Counted from the first letter of the stretch, positions 1 to 10,793 are shown. The stretch is 64,000 nt of DNA from Candidatus Bathyarchaeia archaeon (GCA_050010755.1 JBEKKK010000003.1:32001-96000), one strand, 5' to 3'. Program-made: numbers and translations. The notes: generated by a model from the sequence alone, not told the origin.

Positions 1-519
1 CGCGATTCTCTTGGCCGCGTCCACAATCTCGGCTCTTCCTCCGTAGGCGAAGGCAAAGTTCAAGAAGTGTTTGTCATAATTCTGCGTTGATTTTTCAACC
101 TCCGCTATGACCTGCCTCATGCCCTCTGGCAAGAGATTCACTCTTCCGATGACTTTCACGCGCACCTTGTCTCCGTGTATTCGCTCGTCAGTCAAAAGGT
201 TGCGGAGTCGCCCCTTGAATATGTCCATTATTTCTTCAACCTCGCCAGGGGTACGGTGAAAGTTCTCGGTGGAAAACGCGTAGAGAGTCACAGATTTGAC
301 ATCGAGCTTGAGGCACCAATCGAGCAATTGCTCAACTTTGTCGGCTCCTTTTGCGTGGCCAAACCATGTGCTCAACACGTTCTCTGAAGCCCACCTTCTG
401 TTTCCGTCCAGAATTATCGCTATATGCTCCGGCTTCGCGCCGTTATCAACCTGACGCCATAACCAGCCCTCGTAAACTCTGTAGACGCCGATAGCAGAAA
501 GCAGTGATTTAATCACCAT
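1..519 (-). CDS. uppS: cis-prenyltransferase (undecaprenyl/polyprenyl diphosphate synthase), 3' part runs off the window
   Basis: Manual translation from ATG 519: MVIKSLLSAIGVYRVYEGWLWRQVDNGAKPEHIAIILDGNRRWA...LYAFSTENF; HIAIILDGNRRWA and YAFSTEN are cis-PT signatures. Confidence 0.93.
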   Translation of the reverse strand, partial: MVIKSLLSAIGVYRVYEGWLWRQVDNGAKPEHIAIILDGNRRWASENVLSTWFGHAKGADKVEQLLDWCLKLDVKSVTLYAFSTENFHRTPGEVEEIMDIFKGRLRNLLTDERIHGDKVRVKVIGRVNLLPEGMRQVIAEVEKSTQNYDKHFLNFAFAYGGRAEIVDAAKRIA

Positions 520-647
520 TCAAACCTCATGGTCCGGTTGCAGCGTTGCACGAATGGATAAGCTCGATTAGTAAATTTTGAGGCGTCTCAATTAAGAGTT
601 TCCCCATTCAAACAGCGTTCTTGTTGATGAACGCACTTGTGGTAGAT

Positions 648-1826
648 TCATGAGTCCCCGAACTCTTTGGCTTGTTCTTCCGTCTCTGCGAAGAAGCCCT
701 TTTTGGCTCTGTGAACCGCGAATATTACTAGCACCGAAGCGATGCCTATCAGGATGCCAATGACGACTGCGTAAACGATTTTTCCATAGCCAATTTGAGG
801 AGTAATCAGCAGCTGGCTGGTTGCGATTAGTATCGGCCCTGACCAGCCCACGATGACTATTAGCGCTGCGTTTCGCAACAATCTCGCGTCACGCTCAAGA
901 TACCATCTGATGCCTCTTCCCAAGAGTGGAACAATGAGTCCCACAACCAGCAGGGTCGCCGAACCTCCTATGAAGTAACCCACTATTGTTGGCACGTTGC
1001 TGAACCAGTGCGCAATTTCGGCCGGGGACACGTTTGTCCCAACGCTTGTCCCACCTAGATACAAGCCTAGCACAAGGCACAAGGCCCCGGCGATTAGAGA
1101 GAAGTTTGAGATTTGCACTCTCAGCGGAGGGGGGGAGTATTCCTTCACCCATCTGTATAGGTCTTTAGTAGCCTTGTCAACTCCGAAACCTTTGACGACC
1201 AGGAACACGCTTAGAACAAGTGCAAAGGCTATCAAATAATATTGAACCCAACCAATTATGGATAGGATTCCCAGTATCAGGATGAGTAGTCCAGGCAGAC
1301 CCAAGGCAACGCGTGAATAGCGAGGGTTGTCCATCACGGTTCGAAGATACCGCGAAAAAAGAGCAGCCGTTTCTTCGATTGACTCGCTATGTTTAACGAC
1401 TATTCTTCGGACAGATGAAACTGGCACCCTTGACTGTACTAGCGGTAAGACAGCTTCGTCTGAATATCCGTCCGTTACCAGAATGACCTCACTCGCTGAG
1501 AAACCGTCCAACAACTCGTTTAATCCTGCCACGACTTTTCTGTCGGCGCCAACGCCCCCCAGTTCAGAACCTGAAAGCGTGGCGATTTCCAAGATTTCCC
1601 CAGAGTTGTTCTCGGCTTTCAGGCGATCGTAAACGCGTACAGCTTCGAACATTGCGTTTGCATCTGGTTCCTCCGGGTCTTTCAAGGCCAACGCAACCGC
1701 GGCGTCCAGGTTTTCTACCCTTCCAACTAGCGGGGTCTCTATCCCAGCCTTTTTTTCCAAATCACCGTCTCTATCAACGCACAGAACGAGGATTCTCTTC
1801 TGCTCTTTTTCTTCCTTTTCCTTCAT
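648..1826 (-). CDS. DUF373 family archaeal membrane protein
   Basis: LVLCVDRDGDL...DPEEPDANAMF...VTDGYSDE N-terminal domain plus multiple TM helices. Confidence 0.85.
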   Translation of the reverse strand: MKEKEEKEQKRILVLCVDRDGDLEKKAGIETPLVGRVENLDAAVALALKDPEEPDANAMFEAVRVYDRLKAENNSGEILEIATLSGSELGGVGADRKVVAGLNELLDGFSASEVILVTDGYSDEAVLPLVQSRVPVSSVRRIVVKHSESIEETAALFSRYLRTVMDNPRYSRVALGLPGLLILILGILSIIGWVQYYLIAFALVLSVFLVVKGFGVDKATKDLYRWVKEYSPPPLRVQISNFSLIAGALCLVLGLYLGGTSVGTNVSPAEIAHWFSNVPTIVGYFIGGSATLLVVGLIVPLLGRGIRWYLERDARLLRNAALIVIVGWSGPILIATSQLLITPQIGYGKIVYAVVIGILIGIASVLVIFAVHRAKKGFFAETEEQAKEFGDS

Positions 1827-1866
1827 ACGTATCTCGTACTGCGATTACAATTGTTGAATACCCAGA

Positions 1867-2742
1867 TTAACCTTGCTCTGTTATTCCCTTTTCCGCTAGA
1901 AGTTGAAACTCCTCCCACGTCAACTTCTCGCCGCGCTTCAGCTTCTCCTTTGCCCTGCTTTCGAGCGTTTCACGTAGAACGTTCTCGGATTCTTTTCTTT
2001 CTTTCTCAGTTTCTTCCCGAAGTTTTCCTTTTAAGAGTTTGATTTGGTTCATCGTAGTTTTCATTTCCGTCCAGATGGGTTGCATTGTTTCTTTCGCCTG
2101 CAAGAACCGTCTGTGCATTTCGTCCGCTTCCGCTTTCAGTGCTTTTGACCCGTCGATTTTCTCAAGCATTTTTCTGTGAGTCTCTTGGCTCTTTTGTGCT
2201 TTTTCCGATAATTGTTTGTGCAGATTTTCGGTTTCAGCCTTCATTGTCCTTGTTTCCGTTCGAAGCTGAGCGATTCTCTTCGCTAGTTGCTCGAGCTTCT
2301 TGTGGATTGACAGCTGCGTTTCCAGTTGCTTCACTTTTTCGACCAACTCCCTGTCCTCTTGTAGGGTCAAGGAAGTTGTCTGAATTGTCCACTCGAGGCT
2401 TTCAATCTCTTTCTGAAGCGCTTCATGACTCTGCGGAGGCTTTCTCTTCGCTAGAATTTTACCATCTTCTCCGAGCTTCTTTATGTCCTCGATTTTCTCG
2501 TGAATTAAAGCCTTCATTTCTTCTCGACGTAGCTTCAGATCCTTCACTCGGTTGTTCAACTCGTCTCTCTGGCTTCGAAGATCCAGAACTTCATCACGCA
2601 GACTTCTCACTCGGCCGTTGAGCTCGTCGCGCTTCTCCGCAAATCTTCGCGCATCACTCCCAAGCGTGTTCTCCTTGTCTTTCAATGCCGAAAGCTTCTC
2701 GTTCAACTCTGCAACCATTTCATTCTTCTGAGATTCTACCAT
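1867..2742 (-). CDS. archaeal coiled-coil protein (COG1340-like)
   Basis: Heptad-rich throughout; LEWTIQTTSLTLQEDRELVEKV; C-terminal KLKRGEKLTWEEF. Confidence 0.8.
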   Translation of the reverse strand: MVESQKNEMVAELNEKLSALKDKENTLGSDARRFAEKRDELNGRVRSLRDEVLDLRSQRDELNNRVKDLKLRREEMKALIHEKIEDIKKLGEDGKILAKRKPPQSHEALQKEIESLEWTIQTTSLTLQEDRELVEKVKQLETQLSIHKKLEQLAKRIAQLRTETRTMKAETENLHKQLSEKAQKSQETHRKMLEKIDGSKALKAEADEMHRRFLQAKETMQPIWTEMKTTMNQIKLLKGKLREETEKERKESENVLRETLESRAKEKLKRGEKLTWEEFQLLAEKGITEQG

Positions 2743-2838
2743 CCGCTCACGACTCTTTAGGTTCTAATCTCAAAGGGCGTTCGGAAAATTTCAACGGTCC
2801 TCGCAAAAAAATTTTTCCCGCAGCGTGGTGTTTGTAAT

Positions 2839-3543
2839 TTATTCCAGTATGATTCGTGCATCAACGGCTTTTGCGCCTTTTTCGTAGACGATGACAGGGT
2901 TCAGGTCCAACTCTTTGATTTGCATGTGGTCCGTTATCAGTCTGGACGTATTCAGCAGAATCTTGGTAATCGCCTCAATGTCTGCGGGAGGCGTGTTTCG
3001 GTAGCCTTTCAGCAGTGGGTAAGCTTTTACCCCGTTTATCATCTCACAAGCATCGTCTTCGGATATGGGCGCAACCCTGAATGTCACATCTTTCAGGACT
3101 TCTACGAACACTCCGCCCAACCCAAACATTATGGCGGGGCCGAACTGAGGATCCTTGATGGCGCCCACGATGACCTCTGTTGAAGGTGGGGCCATTTCCT
3201 GCACTAAGATTCCTGCAATTCTGGCTTTCGGATCGTGTTTTCTGACGTTCTGCAGTATGCTATTGTACCCTTTGCGCACGTCTTCGGCATTCTTCAGGCT
3301 GAGGATGACTCCGCCGATGTCCGATTTGTGAATGATGTCTGGTGACACAATTTTCAAGACCGTTGGGAAGCCGATGGCCTTTGCAAACTTCACTGCTTCA
3401 TCCTCACTCTTTGCCAACTCGAACTTTGTGACCGGTATGCCATACTCGATACAGACCATTTTCGCTTCAGTCTCGAGAAGAGACTTTCGTCCCTCTTTAG
3501 AAGCCTGGGACAATATGCGTGAAGTCTCGTTCAGGATGCTCAA
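2839..3543 (-). CDS. acdB: ADP-forming acyl-CoA synthetase beta subunit (ATP-grasp)
   Basis: GFPTVLKIVSPDIIHKSDIGGV, DPQFGPAIMFGLGGVFVE, ELDLNP; start placed at TTG 3543 (in-frame ORF extends to 3675). Confidence 0.88.
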   Translation of the reverse strand: MSILNETSRILSQASKEGRKSLLETEAKMVCIEYGIPVTKFELAKSEDEAVKFAKAIGFPTVLKIVSPDIIHKSDIGGVILSLKNAEDVRKGYNSILQNVRKHDPKARIAGILVQEMAPPSTEVIVGAIKDPQFGPAIMFGLGGVFVEVLKDVTFRVAPISEDDACEMINGVKAYPLLKGYRNTPPADIEAITKILLNTSRLITDHMQIKELDLNPVIVYEKGAKAVDARIILE

Positions 3544-3736
3544 CTCCGGTATACGAAATAAGTATCTATCAACGATTTCTAAGCTTAAAACGATTTGCTG
3601 TACGTGCTCAGAAAAATTGTAGGAATGCCTGTTTCCGATCTTCGTGTGTTTCAGAGCTGTAACCGCTGCGAGCATCTTGGGAGCTCCGCAGAGCGTGCGA
3701 GTAATCCGTCGTTATCTCGTTCTGTTGAATGCTCAT

Positions 3737-4966
3737 CTATGGCTGAATTGCTAGGCTTGCAAACACTTTGGCGTCATTGACGAGGTTCTCTATTACTGAG
3801 TATTCGTTTGGCTGATGGGCCACCTCGTCTACGGTGCTCCATACAACAGCTGGAATTCCGACCTGCCTAAAGAAAGCGGCACACGTTCCGCCGCCTATTC
3901 CGCCGATTTTTGCTTTGACGTTCATACTTTTCCTTATGGCATCTTTCAGCATGACAACCACTCTTGCCTTTGGATCTGTTGGTTTGGGAGCTATGGTTTT
4001 CTGCAGAATTTCAATTTCTATTCGCGCCCCGGTCTTGTTTTCAAATTCTTTGGCAACGTTGCGAATAGTGCTCAGCGCTTCTTCAGCGTCGTATTGCGGG
4101 AGTATTCGGGAGTCTAAATGGTTTATGTCTTCCCCTGGCACGATGTTTACGGCATCGACGTTCTTGTCCCTTTTTGTCGGTTCGAAAGTGCTTCCAGGCG
4201 GGTCGAAACTCTTGTCCTTACGTGGATATTTCTTGTGGAGAATCTTGTCGAGGGCCAGAGAATACTGCATTGCGACGCGGCTGGCGTTCAGGCCGTCGCC
4301 CGGGCGGCTCGCATGAGTTTGTTTTCCAATTGTTCGAATTTTCAACCAAAGGATGCTTTTCTCGGCATTTTCGATGAAGCTTCCATCTCCTCTTCCGCCG
4401 TCGGGAACAATCACCAAGTCCTCAGCCTTGAAAAGACGCTGTTTTATCAGGTATTGGATTCCGTAGGTGCTTCCTTGTTCCTCGTCCGCAACGAAACAGA
4501 GGCATACCGTTCTTTTTGGCTTCATTTTCAGATTTTTCAATGCTTTGACTGCGAAGATGGAGGCAACCATGGATTGTAAATCGTCCTCGCTGCCCCGTCC
4601 ATACACTCTGGCATCTTTTATCACTGGTTCGAACGGTTTGGTTACAGTCCAGAGTGATTCTTCTCCAGGCGGTACTATGTCCATATGAGTTATTATCCAA
4701 AGTTTATCGGAGGTTTTTTCTCCCATGCACTGGGCGATGATGTTGGGCCGCCTTTTGGAAGGGACTCTTTCGTCAATTGCGTCGTATCGTTCTATCTTGT
4801 CGAATCCCACTTCGTTGAGAATCTGAATTAGTTTCTCTGCCCTTTTTGATTCGCCTTCGCCACCATTTTCCGGGGCTATTGCGGGTATGCGAATCAGCTC
4901 CATCGAGACCTTCGTCATATCAGTTTTCAATCTTTCCACTTCGGAGAAAACTTTCGAAGATTCCAT
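3737..4966 (-). CDS. M20 family metallo-hydrolase (ArgE/DapE-like)
   Basis: HMDIVP, YGRGSEDD, DEE, HASRP, GGGT, AHQPNEY motifs. Confidence 0.9.
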   Translation of the reverse strand: MESSKVFSEVERLKTDMTKVSMELIRIPAIAPENGGEGESKRAEKLIQILNEVGFDKIERYDAIDERVPSKRRPNIIAQCMGEKTSDKLWIITHMDIVPPGEESLWTVTKPFEPVIKDARVYGRGSEDDLQSMVASIFAVKALKNLKMKPKRTVCLCFVADEEQGSTYGIQYLIKQRLFKAEDLVIVPDGGRGDGSFIENAEKSILWLKIRTIGKQTHASRPGDGLNASRVAMQYSLALDKILHKKYPRKDKSFDPPGSTFEPTKRDKNVDAVNIVPGEDINHLDSRILPQYDAEEALSTIRNVAKEFENKTGARIEIEILQKTIAPKPTDPKARVVVMLKDAIRKSMNVKAKIGGIGGGTCAAFFRQVGIPAVVWSTVDEVAHQPNEYSVIENLVNDAKVFASLAIQP

Positions 4967-5069
4967 ACAATCCATCGACCAATGCAAACAATGCTGTCTA
5001 GTGACCTTTATCTTTTGTCATGGCAAAACATAGAAAAACAGGAGGCAAGAGAAAATGTTGATGTGGGCG

Positions 5070-6056
5070 TTAGGCCAGTTCTTTTAGGGCTTTCAGACGC
5101 TTGATTATGTTGGGGTGTGTCGAGAATACCTCTGCGACTCTGTCGGCTGTTGTCAGCTTTTTTGAAAGTATTTCTTGAACCAGTTTCTGGCTATCGGCCA
5201 GCGACATGGAGGATATCTCTGCAGAGTCAGCGTTTGCACGGTCAGGGTCTGTGATGAACAGCGCTTTGAATGCGTGAAGGTTCTTTGTTTGCTGCTTCGA
5301 CATTCCCATTCTGCTCATGTTTTTGCTTACGTTGACTATTTTTGCGAGCCCGGTTGAGAGTTTTTCTGATCCACCGTCGACGATTGAGGCGCTGTGCCTG
5401 TCAGCGTAGTATTCGCGCAGCCTGCTGAGGTTTAGGATAAACAGGTTCATTATGAATGAAAAAGCCATGAAGACCATGCCTATGAGGGCGCCGTTGCCAG
5501 AATTCTTTTGGTTTCCTCCAAACATGCCTGAAAGCATGAGAGAGTAACCTATGAAGTAGGCCACAGCGGGTAATAATGAAACGAACATCATCATCTGTAC
5601 GTCTCTGTGTCTGAGATGCCCCAATTCGTGTCCTACGACCGCCGCGACTTCACCATCGTCCAGTGTTTTCAAAAGTCCGCTTGTGACTGCTATGCGAGTT
5701 CCCGCCACGGGTGAGCCGTAGGCAAAAGCGTTTGGAAGGGGAATTTGTGCGAGCATCAGCCTCGGCTTGCTTATTTTGCTCTTTCTGCTGAGGTCGTCAA
5801 CAACCTCATGCAGTTTCGGCTCTTCAGTTGCAGACATAGCACGCACGTGGTACAAGGCATCGATTATGTAGGGCGAGATAAGCCATTGAACAACGTTAAA
5901 CCCAATGACCAAGATTCCCAGAATCGCGAACCCAGAAAATCCGCCGTTGAAGAGCCCTGTAAGGCTCAGAATGACCGTGAAGAACAGCGTTGACAGTCCC
6001 AATATTAGGGCAAGCGTTGCTGCCATACCCAAACGAAGCTTCCAGATACTCATCAA
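5070..6056 (-). CDS. htpX: M48 zinc metalloprotease HtpX
   Basis: PNAFAYG, HELGH, SRLREYYAD, FSTHP; 4 TM segments. Confidence 0.93.
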   Translation of the reverse strand: MMSIWKLRLGMAATLALILGLSTLFFTVILSLTGLFNGGFSGFAILGILVIGFNVVQWLISPYIIDALYHVRAMSATEEPKLHEVVDDLSRKSKISKPRLMLAQIPLPNAFAYGSPVAGTRIAVTSGLLKTLDDGEVAAVVGHELGHLRHRDVQMMMFVSLLPAVAYFIGYSLMLSGMFGGNQKNSGNGALIGMVFMAFSFIMNLFILNLSRLREYYADRHSASIVDGGSEKLSTGLAKIVNVSKNMSRMGMSKQQTKNLHAFKALFITDPDRANADSAEISSMSLADSQKLVQEILSKKLTTADRVAEVFSTHPNIIKRLKALKELA

Positions 6057-6293
6057 TATACACCGGTCTTTTTCTCATGGGCTAATCCGCGCTTATATTC
6101 ATTGCTCCGAATTCTTCAGCATTGGGACGATGTTTTTGAAGTTCTGAAAGCTCAACATCTGCTTTTTCGCGAACCAGCATGCTACAGTTAAACGTCGTTT
6201 TTGGGCCACTTTGAGAGAAGAGCACACGCTGATCAAATGATGTTGGCTGTACAGTAACATGGTTTTAAGTCGCTTGCACTTTAGTATGCTTTT

Positions 6294-7334
6294 ATGGAAT
6301 CGCTTGTGGATGATGTGGGAAGTTTCCCATTGCCGGATTATACGAACAGTGGAGTGTTTGAGGAGGCGTATCGGGCCGCCAGAAAAGCGATAATCGAGGG
6401 AAAGCGTCTTGATGAAGACGAGTTTTTGTTGGAAAATTTCAGTAGAATAGTGATTGATTCTTTTAGGAAAAAGGTTGAGGCTGGCCTCGATGTCGTTAAC
6501 TATCCTCAGCATTATGGCATGGAGAAACAGGTGGCGGATGCTGTCAGAGAATCGATGAATGAGGGCACTTACCTGGTCAATCAGGAGCACGCTGTATTGC
6601 CGGAAGTCCGTTTGCTCGGTGATGAGGCAAAGAAACTCTACGAGGAGACAGGTGAGAGGGTGAGGCTCAGAGTGTGTGTCATTGGACCGATTGAACTCTA
6701 TATGAAGGAAATGGGGTCTGTGGTTCATGAAGATGTGCTTCAGGCGTTGGCAGAAAACATCAGACGGTTTGCAAAGAACTCGATTCTCAACTCAAAATAT
6801 TTGCAGACCGTCGCGGTTTCATTGGATGAGCCGAGTTTCGGCTTTCAGGACATCCTTACTGACAGAGAGACTGTGCTGAGCGCTTTTGAGACAGCATTCA
6901 ACTTTGATGGTGTTGCGCGACAGATTCATCTTCATTCGCCGTCCAGGATCGCCGATTTGCTGAAAGTTAAAAACATTGATGTCTTGTCGATTGAGTATGC
7001 GGCGACTCCGAAAAACATTGACAGCTTGTCAAAGAGTATGCTTGAGAAGAATGACAAGCAGGTACGGGTGGGCGTGGCGAGGACTGACATAAATTCAATC
7101 GTTTCAGAACTTTATGACAGGGGAATTACCAAACCCAGTGCTGAGCAAATGGTTGAGGATGAGAGAATCATAGGAAAAAGGTTTGAGACAGCCTGGAACA
7201 AGTACGGAGAAAGGATGACATTCACTGGACCCGACTGCGGTCTGGGAGGATGGCCCTCACAGGAGGCAGCCCAACTTCTGTTAGCCCGAACGGCAAGGGC
7301 AGTGAAGACCATGAAGAACAGGTTGAAAGCCTGA
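6294..7334 (+). CDS. core (methylcobamide-dependent) methionine synthase, MetE C-terminal-domain type
   Basis: DDVGSFPLP start, SLDEPSFG, QIHLHS, GPDCGLGGW; single barrel without folate domain. Confidence 0.75.
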   Translation: MESLVDDVGSFPLPDYTNSGVFEEAYRAARKAIIEGKRLDEDEFLLENFSRIVIDSFRKKVEAGLDVVNYPQHYGMEKQVADAVRESMNEGTYLVNQEHAVLPEVRLLGDEAKKLYEETGERVRLRVCVIGPIELYMKEMGSVVHEDVLQALAENIRRFAKNSILNSKYLQTVAVSLDEPSFGFQDILTDRETVLSAFETAFNFDGVARQIHLHSPSRIADLLKVKNIDVLSIEYAATPKNIDSLSKSMLEKNDKQVRVGVARTDINSIVSELYDRGITKPSAEQMVEDERIIGKRFETAWNKYGERMTFTGPDCGLGGWPSQEAAQLLLARTARAVKTMKNRLKA

Positions 7335-7469
7335 GCCTCGATCAGGCGCTACCGAGCGCGTTCAATGTTGGACAGACGAAACGGGTACAGATCAATGGCC
7401 ACTGAGAAACTTCGTTATCCTTGCGTGCCTTCCGTGCGCTCTGAACGCGGGAAAGCACGGTGGCTTGCT

Positions 7470-8120
7470 CTATTTTAGTGATAGTACTAGGATTCTTGGT
7501 TCTTTGGGCAGGTTGGCCTCTTCGATGTTCGCGATTGGCCCTTTTGTCCTGTCTATATTGTTCTTTCCTTTAGCAAAATCGTTAACCGTCTTCAGGGGGT
7601 CAAACGGTGAGGCAAGCTTGGGCATCTTGTAATGCATTGGGATTATCATCTTTGGCTTTAGCTGTTCGCAGACTCTAGTAGCAGTGTCGGGCCCTATTGT
7701 GAAGTACCCTCCGACGGGAACGAACAGCACATCGACTTTTCCTATCTCTTCAACCGTTTGAGCGGATAGCTCATGGCCCAAATCTCCAAGATGGCAGAAC
7801 TGTACTCCGTCCAGGTTGAAGGTGTAAATGCTGTTTTTTCCTCGCTTGGAACCTTTCGTGTCATCATGAAAAGCCGCAATGCCCCTGACAGCGATGCCTT
7901 TGATTTTCTTGGACCCCTCAAAGCCTTCCAGGGCCTCTCCTTGTTTTGCCATCACAGGCTTGACGTTGTTGTGGTCTTGGTGACTGTGGGAGCATAGCAC
8001 GATGTCAGCGGCCGCTTTGGGTTCCGGAATTCCGATTCCCTTGAACGGGTCAATGACTATTGTGACGTTCTTCCCTTGCAGTTCGAAACATGAATGACCG
8101 TGCCATACTAATTTAACCAT
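7470..8120 (-). CDS. MBL-fold metallo-hydrolase
   Basis: WHGHSCF, IDPF, SHSHQDH, HLGD, IPMHY. Confidence 0.9.
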   Translation of the reverse strand: MVKLVWHGHSCFELQGKNVTIVIDPFKGIGIPEPKAAADIVLCSHSHQDHNNVKPVMAKQGEALEGFEGSKKIKGIAVRGIAAFHDDTKGSKRGKNSIYTFNLDGVQFCHLGDLGHELSAQTVEEIGKVDVLFVPVGGYFTIGPDTATRVCEQLKPKMIIPMHYKMPKLASPFDPLKTVNDFAKGKNNIDRTKGPIANIEEANLPKEPRILVLSLK

Positions 8121-8240
8121 ATTGAACTCATCTCCTTCCAAAGGTTTGAAAACAGCGATGTCTATTAAATTTATGATAGAGACATTTATGACTTTCGTGG
8201 TTACAATATCCTTAGCGCGCGTAGGCGCCTGGGGGCGCTC

Positions 8241-8759
8241 TTAGACGACGTAGCGGTTGATTACTTTCTGCATGCTTTTGGGTGTGGCGTGGTTTGCGGC
8301 AAGCTGTTTTACAAGTGTCAGCATTTCGGGTTGAAAACGAGCTATGTCTGTCAAGCTCAACAAGCCGACCAAGCGCTTGCCTGCAACTACGGGCAGTTTT
8401 TTAATGTTCATCTGAAACATCAACTTAACGGCTTCACCGAGATCCATCTTCGGCTCGGCAACTACCAACGGACTCGACATAATGTCTCGAACCCTAATCT
8501 TTGAAACGTCCTTTCCCTCTGCAATCACTCTCTTGAGCATATCTCTCTCGGTGAGAATCCCAGAAACCCTTCCCTTTCTAACGGTGATTAAGCAGCCTAT
8601 TCCGAACCTGTTCATTGCTACGGCGGCTTCCTTGATCGTCACGTTTACATCTATCTTTTTCACGTCCTTCACCATCACATCCTCAACTCGCAGCGTTGCT
8701 TCAGCCTGTTTCTCAACTATTTTTTCAGCTTTCTCTTCATTCTGATACAAAAGCTTCAC
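8241..8759 (-). CDS. CBS-domain pair protein
   Basis: VEDVM...GILTERD and VRDIMS...LPVV...GLLSLTDI. Confidence 0.88.
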   Translation of the reverse strand: MKLLYQNEEKAEKIVEKQAEATLRVEDVMVKDVKKIDVNVTIKEAAVAMNRFGIGCLITVRKGRVSGILTERDMLKRVIAEGKDVSKIRVRDIMSSPLVVAEPKMDLGEAVKLMFQMNIKKLPVVAGKRLVGLLSLTDIARFQPEMLTLVKQLAANHATPKSMQKVINRYVV

Positions 8760-9024
8760 CGAATCTGTATCAATATCATGCTAGTGCGTACTTAAACATC
8801 TGTGCAGAGCACATGCGACAAACAAGAGCCGGCAGGCGGTTTGATGCGAACAGAGACTTTATGGCTCTTTACTTGTCAAACGCGCTATGTCTCCAGCCTT
8901 CTCTCGCAGAACATTCATAACTGGTTCCGAACTTCGTTTCGCAAAGTTTTGAAGTGCTTGAATATTCAGGAGAAAATTTGACTTGCAAACCATTGCCTGC
9001 ACGGGGTTCGGATTCGGACTGTGA

Positions 9025-9102
9025 TGGCGGGCCCGACGGGAATTGAACCCGCGACCTACGGATTAAGAGTCCGCCGCTCTAGCCTGACTGAGCCACGGGC
9101 CC
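9025..9102 (-). tRNA. tRNA-Lys (anticodon CTT), intronless, CCA encoded
   Basis: GGGCCCG acceptor; GCGGA-CT CTT AA-TCCGT anticodon arm; GGTTCAATTCC T-arm; ends GCCA. Confidence 0.96.
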
Positions 9103-9292
9103 GCGTATTTTCTCTTTGAAGAGAACGTGGATTAGAAGATAAAGAGCTTTCGGAATCCTATGGGGATCGGATACGATCCAGAATATTACGGAAGATTTGT
9201 TCTCGACGCTAAATGCGGAGATTGGGTTCTCTCGGTTTCTCTGGCAACTGGAGAGTTTCCAACATTCTTCCATTTTTGACTAGTACTTTTAT

Positions 9293-9448
9293 TCAGTCGT
9301 AGCGTTTTAGATGGATCATTTTTCTGTAGCTTTTTAGATCTTCAGCCACTTTTTTGAGAAGGTTCAGTTTTTCCATGTTCTTCTGGAAGTCGATGAATTC
9401 TTCATGAAACTTCTCTAGCGCTGCGTTGTTCTCCTTCATTGCCCTCAT
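9293..9448 (-). CDS. small hypothetical protein (51 aa, helical)
   Basis: Manual translation MRAMKENNAALEKFHEEFIDFQKNMEKLNLLKKVAEDLKSYRKMIHLKRYD; below ORF-track cutoff, protein-like composition. Confidence 0.4.
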   Translation of the reverse strand: MRAMKENNAALEKFHEEFIDFQKNMEKLNLLKKVAEDLKSYRKMIHLKRYD

Positions 9449-9696
9449 CTTGGGAAAGGCGCTTGGACGAAATGGAGGGTTTTCATCGTTTGTTGGCTAC
9501 CGACATGGCCATTTTCCGTTATTGAGGAGAAAGGAGAAGGCTTCGAAAAACGGAAAAAAGATGTTCGTGGCCGAATGTGGTGGACCTTCAACCTCTTGCC
9601 CCTTCATGTCGTCTTAAGACTTAAGATACAGGTCGCTTATAAAAACTTTACTATATCATAATCTAGTACAGACGCCCTGGACAACGTTGCTGAACG

Positions 9697-10260
9697 TTAG
9701 CCTATGGCCAAGATGCCTTCCATTGTTCTTTTCTCAGGGACGCCCAACTGGTTGGAGAGCCACGATTTCAACAGCAGATTGTATTTTGGCAGTTCTCCGC
9801 TGTAGGTCATGATTTGATTGTCTTTCACCGCATCCGCTTGGAAGGTTTTGTCATCTTCCCTGTACATGAAAGACAGTGTCTGAGCCCCTGTAGCCATTGC
9901 TTGGAAGTCTTCCCATTGTTTGCATCGAAGGATGAAAGGAGGGCCATGCTCTTCCTTGACCTGCACTGTCTCACGTTTCTGAGGTGCAGGCAGAGTCTCC
10001 GTCAGTGGGGTTAGAGGCGTCTCATGCGGGGCTGAAAGATAGGTTATGAGGTTTGTGATCTCGTTCTGGAGCGTGCTCAGTCGTTCCTCGACTTTTTCCA
10101 CCTTGGTATTCAGCACGCCGGTGTCTCCCATCTTCTCGGTCACGCTTCCAAGCTCGTTTATGAGGCGATCCAAGTCCTTTTCGTGTTCTTTCAGAACATT
10201 CACTATGAAATCAAGCGCTTCCAATGCCTCGTCTTTTGATGGAATCCTCTTGGACATCAC
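9697..10260 (-). CDS. hypothetical protein with N-terminal coiled coil
   Basis: 187-aa ORF, GGAGAG upstream, EALEALDFIVNVLKEHEKDLDRL coiled coil. Confidence 0.7.
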   Translation of the reverse strand: MMSKRIPSKDEALEALDFIVNVLKEHEKDLDRLINELGSVTEKMGDTGVLNTKVEKVEERLSTLQNEITNLITYLSAPHETPLTPLTETLPAPQKRETVQVKEEHGPPFILRCKQWEDFQAMATGAQTLSFMYREDDKTFQADAVKDNQIMTYSGELPKYNLLLKSWLSNQLGVPEKRTMEGILAIG

Positions 10261-10580
10261 TGTCTCTCCCTATCTTTTCAAGCTATTAAGTACCCCGCTT
10301 GATAAATAAACGTAGCGAATCCTCAAAACATATCCATGTGAAGAGCTATTCCTACTTATTGAGAATAATATTTGTCCTATCGCAAATTATCAAAACGTTT
10401 TGTTGCTTAGACATGGGACTTGCGCTGGCCTCGACTCAGTATGTGTTACCTGCAAGGTAAAGTTGGGAGGCAACAATAACAGCGTCATGAATTGTCGGCC
10501 TAAAGGACAAAACTGGTGTTCTCGCCTTGTTCGACCTATTTATCTAAAAGTTTATCTCTGCTATAAGAGAATCTTGCTAG

Positions 10581-10766
10581 GTGGACGAAATGGTCAGGGG
10601 CTTTTGTGGCAAGTGCGGAAAAGAAATAGGAGGCTTTATGAAACCTGCCGCCTGGCAATGTCCGTCTTGCAAGAAAGTTTACTGCGAAGCCTGCTGTCCA
10701 AGATGGGTGGGTTTGGTGTTCAAGAAGCCAACTTGCCCGAACTGCGGAGTCGAGTGTAAACGATAG
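10581..10766 (+). CDS. small multi-CxxC zinc-finger protein
   Basis: CGKC, CPSC, CEACC, CPNC in about 60 aa. Confidence 0.7.
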   Translation: MDEMVRGFCGKCGKEIGGFMKPAAWQCPSCKKVYCEACCPRWVGLVFKKPTCPNCGVECKR

Positions 10767-10793
10767 CGAAGATAGCGAGGCTAGCCCCCACTA

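Noticed and set aside
2839-3675. acdB without an adjacent alpha subunit
   Set aside because: Split ACD subunit genes are common in archaea.
6099-6728. 209-aa minus-strand ORF
   Set aside because: Antisense to the methionine synthase; no motif.
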